Assembly (NCBI GenBank): GCA_044348785.1
Contig: JBIKSF010000001.1
Location: forward strand, 2,251 to 66,250
Length of the DNA: 64,000 nucleotides
Direction: 5' to 3'
DNA from: Limnohabitans sp.
Lineage (GTDB): Bacteria; Pseudomonadota; Gammaproteobacteria; Burkholderiales; Burkholderiaceae_C
In this document: in pieces, positions 61,231 to 64,000 of the stretch
Position numbering within the stretch: position 1 is the first letter of the stretch
Layout of the letters: every line of letters starts with the position of its first letter
Position numbers and translations under genes: made by a program
The notes under the pieces: model-generated
The model's input: the letters and a program-made list of their open reading frames with translations, nothing else
Databases searched by the model: none
What the model was told of the DNA's origin: nothing

Positions 61231-62538
61231 ATGCACACACTGGAACAACTGCGCAGCGGCGCGCTGACGGGCACACGCCGCCTCGATCTGTCGTGCGATT
61301 TAACTGAGCTGCCAGAAGAAGTTTTTGCCCTGGCCGACACGCTCGAAGTGCTCAACCTGAGCGGTAACCGTCTGCGTGATTTGCCGCACCAGCTGCCGCG
61401 CCTGCACAAACTGCAGGTGCTGTTTGCGTCTGACAACGAATTCACCGTTCTGCCCGAGGTGCTGGGCGAGTGCCTAACTTTGCAAATGGTCGGCTTCAAG
61501 GCCAACCGCATTGCCCATGTGCCTGCCGCCGCGCTGCCGCCCGCCTTGCGCTGGTTGACGCTAACCGACAATGCCATCGGCCAATTGCCCACCGAACTGG
61601 GCCAGCGCCCGGCTTTGCAAAAGCTGATGCTGGCGGGCAACCAGCTCACGGTGCTTCCCGATAGCCTGCAGGGGGCTCAAAAACTGGAACTGATGCGCGT
61701 TTCGGCCAACCGCATGACCGAGGTGCCCGGCTGGTTGACCGAGTTGCCGCACTTGTCCTGGCTGGCGTTGGCGGGCAATGGCATGGGCTGGGTTTGTCCT
61801 GCTGTGTCCGAATTGCCGGATATTGCTTGGCCCGATTTGTCGCATGGCCCCTTGCTGGGCGAGGGCGCTTCAGGCCACATCTACCAAGTCCAAGCCACGG
61901 CTTGGCCGCAGCCCTTGGCGCTCAAGCTGTTCAAAGGCAAGGTGACCAGCGATGGCCTGCCCGAAGACGAGCTGGCCGCTTGTCTTGCTGCAGGGCAGCA
62001 CCCTGCGCTCACCACGCCCGTGGCGCGGCTCACTGGCCACCCTGCGCAGGCCCAGGGTTTGCTCATGCCGCTGATTCCTGCCGCACACGTCAATCTGGCG
62101 GCACCGCCCAGCCTGGACAGCTGCACCCGCGACGTCTACCCGCCGGACTTTCACCTATCTGCAGCTTTGGCCCTGCAAATGGCCCGCGATGTGACGGATG
62201 CGCTGGCGCATCTGCACCAGCGCGGCGTAATGCACGGCGACTTGTACGCCCACAACATCCTGATCGACCCCGTGCACGGTCACGCTCGCCTGGGCGACTT
62301 TGGCGCGGCCACACGGCTACCGATCGATCAGCGCGCGCTGCGCCAAAACCTCTTGGCGCTGGAAGTGCGGGCCTTAGGCTGTTTGCTCGAAGAGTTGGGC
62401 GCTGCCGCACAGGCACAAGCCGCCCACCCTTCGGTCCGAGGCCTGCAGGCCCTGGCCCATGCCTGCCTGTCCAATCAGCCGCGCCAAAGGCCGACGGTCA
62501 CGGAGGTATCCCAGGCCCTCCAAGCCCTCAAGTTTTGA
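61231..62538 (+). CDS. Leucine-rich-repeat protein fused to a Ser/Thr kinase-like domain
   Basis: LxxLxLxxNxL repeats; GEGASG loop, ALK, HGDLYAHN, LGDFG. Confidence 0.9.
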   Translation: MHTLEQLRSGALTGTRRLDLSCDLTELPEEVFALADTLEVLNLSGNRLRDLPHQLPRLHKLQVLFASDNEFTVLPEVLGECLTLQMVGFKANRIAHVPAAALPPALRWLTLTDNAIGQLPTELGQRPALQKLMLAGNQLTVLPDSLQGAQKLELMRVSANRMTEVPGWLTELPHLSWLALAGNGMGWVCPAVSELPDIAWPDLSHGPLLGEGASGHIYQVQATAWPQPLALKLFKGKVTSDGLPEDELAACLAAGQHPALTTPVARLTGHPAQAQGLLMPLIPAAHVNLAAPPSLDSCTRDVYPPDFHLSAALALQMARDVTDALAHLHQRGVMHGDLYAHNILIDPVHGHARLGDFGAATRLPIDQRALRQNLLALEVRALGCLLEELGAAAQAQAAHPSVRGLQALAHACLSNQPRQRPTVTEVSQALQALKF

Positions 62539-63421
62539 CGATCGTGACCTGGTTGAGTTGGGCTTGCGCCTTGACCAGCGAAGGCACCATCTCACTGCCA
62601 TAGCCCAAAGCCACGGCCGTATTCAGCGCCTGGTGCACGCTGGTGCCAATGATGGAAGGCACTTTCATGCTCTCGGTCAGGTGCGAGTAGTAACGCAAAT
62701 CCTTGGCCGCATTGTTCAGTTCGAACTTCATCGCACCGTAGTCGCCCTGCAGGGTTTTGGACATCAGCTGGAACAGCCCCGAATTGACCCCGCCTGCCGA
62801 GATGACCTGCACCACTTTGTCCAGGTCCACGCCCGCCTTGGCCCCCACAGCGAAGGCCTCGGCTGTGGCGGTGCAAATGGCTTGTGCCACAAAGTTGTTC
62901 AGCAGCTTGACGACATGGCCCGAGCCCATTTCACCCACATGGAACACGTTTTCGCTGTACGCCCGAATGACCGGCTCGATGCGCGCGAACACCTCGGGCG
63001 ATGCGCCCACCATGGAGTTGAGCTTGCCCGCCTCGGCCTCAATGGGGGTGCGCGTGAGGGGTGCGTCCACATAAATCACGCCCTGCTCGGTGCACAAGGC
63101 CGCCAGACGCCGCGTGGACTCAGGCTCGCTGGTGGAGGTGTCAATGATGATCAGGCCCGCGCGCGCCTTGGACAAAATGCCTCCCGGCCCAGCCACCACC
63201 GCCTCAACTTGGGGGGAGCCAGTCACGCAAATGAGCACGGCATCACAGGCTGCCAAGTCGGCATAACTGCTCACCTGGCGGGTACCTGCAGCCAGCAGGT
63301 CTTGTACCGGTGCGGTGCGTTGGTGCACAGAAATTGACAAGTCAAACCCCTTGGCCCGAATGTTCTTGGCCATGCCATGGCCCATCAATCCCGAAGCGCC
63401 GACAAATCCGATGTGTTGCAT
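62528..63421 (-). CDS. Beta-hydroxyacid dehydrogenase family oxidoreductase
   Basis: GFVGASGLMG, DTSTSEP, DAPLTRTP, KLLNN. Confidence 0.88.
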   Translation of the reverse strand: MQHIGFVGASGLMGHGMAKNIRAKGFDLSISVHQRTAPVQDLLAAGTRQVSSYADLAACDAVLICVTGSPQVEAVVAGPGGILSKARAGLIIIDTSTSEPESTRRLAALCTEQGVIYVDAPLTRTPIEAEAGKLNSMVGASPEVFARIEPVIRAYSENVFHVGEMGSGHVVKLLNNFVAQAICTATAEAFAVGAKAGVDLDKVVQVISAGGVNSGLFQLMSKTLQGDYGAMKFELNNAAKDLRYYSHLTESMKVPSIIGTSVHQALNTAVALGYGSEMVPSLVKAQAQLNQVTIVKT

Positions 63422-63605
63422 GTGTGTCTCTGGTGTGTGGTGAAAGGAACTGCCATTCTGGAAGATCGCACGGGGCGAGGCTGTCGCCTGTGCAGCCAGG
63501 ATCAGGGCAGCTGACTGCAACGGTGCCCGCAAATTTACTCTAAGCGTTCATGCTTTTTTCATCTGAGGTTCATGTGGGTGCTCGACACCTCGGCACAATC
63601 GGTGC

Positions 63606-64000
63606 ATGTTTGGTCGACGTCTGAGTCTGGCGCTGGTTTGTTTGGCTTTGGCCGCTTTGCTGCAAGGGGCACTGGCGTGGTGGGCGATTGAATCGGCCTC
63701 CGCACAAGTGACCCGTGGAAGGGTGGCCAGTGATCTGGTCAAAGGGCATTGGCAACTGGCCGCCAGCAAACAGCGACTGCGCAGCTGGACTTCTCAGGCC
63801 TTGTTGCTGCCCAACGCCAACACGACCGAGCGTGACGCGCACATCAGCGACATGCGCAAAACCCTCGACAGTCTGCAAGCCCTGACCCAAAAAGCCTTGG
63901 CGCTGGATAAGGATGTAGCCCGTGCGCAGCGCGACTGGCGAGATCGGCAAGACACACTGGCAATACTGCGGCACAGCGTGGACGAACTGGATGTCGCCTT
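63606..64000 (+). CDS. Probable membrane sensor (histidine kinase-like), 3' end outside the window
   Basis: ATG 63606 opens MFGRRLSLALVCLALAALLQGALAWWAIE.., an N-terminal TM helix followed by a helical region with no stop before the window edge; no kinase motif visible. Confidence 0.55.
   Translation, partial: MFGRRLSLALVCLALAALLQGALAWWAIESASAQVTRGRVASDLVKGHWQLAASKQRLRSWTSQALLLPNANTTERDAHISDMRKTLDSLQALTQKALALDKDVARAQRDWRDRQDTLAILRHSVDELDVA

Overview
GC-rich betaproteobacterial chromosome segment; gene order and content suggest Comamonadaceae, possibly a Limnohabitans-like freshwater organism (inference). It holds about 64 CDS. I found no rRNA, tRNA, CRISPR array, prophage or intact transposase. 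Core blocks are metX-metW, rsmE-amgK / lptD-surA-rsmA, barstar-RNase-maeB, pepP-murU and tkt-gap. Accessory blocks are an archaeal-type AMP/thymidine phosphorylase plus PRPP-synthase-like pair, four Bug (TctC-type) binding proteins with catabolic enzymes, a TsaM/TsaC-like Rieske methyl-monooxygenase cluster without a reductase, an L-threonate ltnD-otnK-otnC-otnI operon, alkB/alkJ-like genes, an LppM-LprI fusion lipoprotein, a second GAPDH and an LRR-kinase. The best leads are: (1) a -1-frame ORF overlapping the barstar stop and ending in an ssrA-like YWLAAA degron; (2) two GAPDH paralogs differing at cofactor-binding and redox residues, sharing GTTAC-GTAAC boxes, with a His-heptad microprotein divergent from the second; (3) the orphan tsaMC-like cluster; (4) a triple 11-bp CarH/LitR-type repeat at a DUF2236 oxygenase; (5) a 74-bp REPIN family. 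Family assignments come from motifs and recalled sequence similarity, not from database searches.
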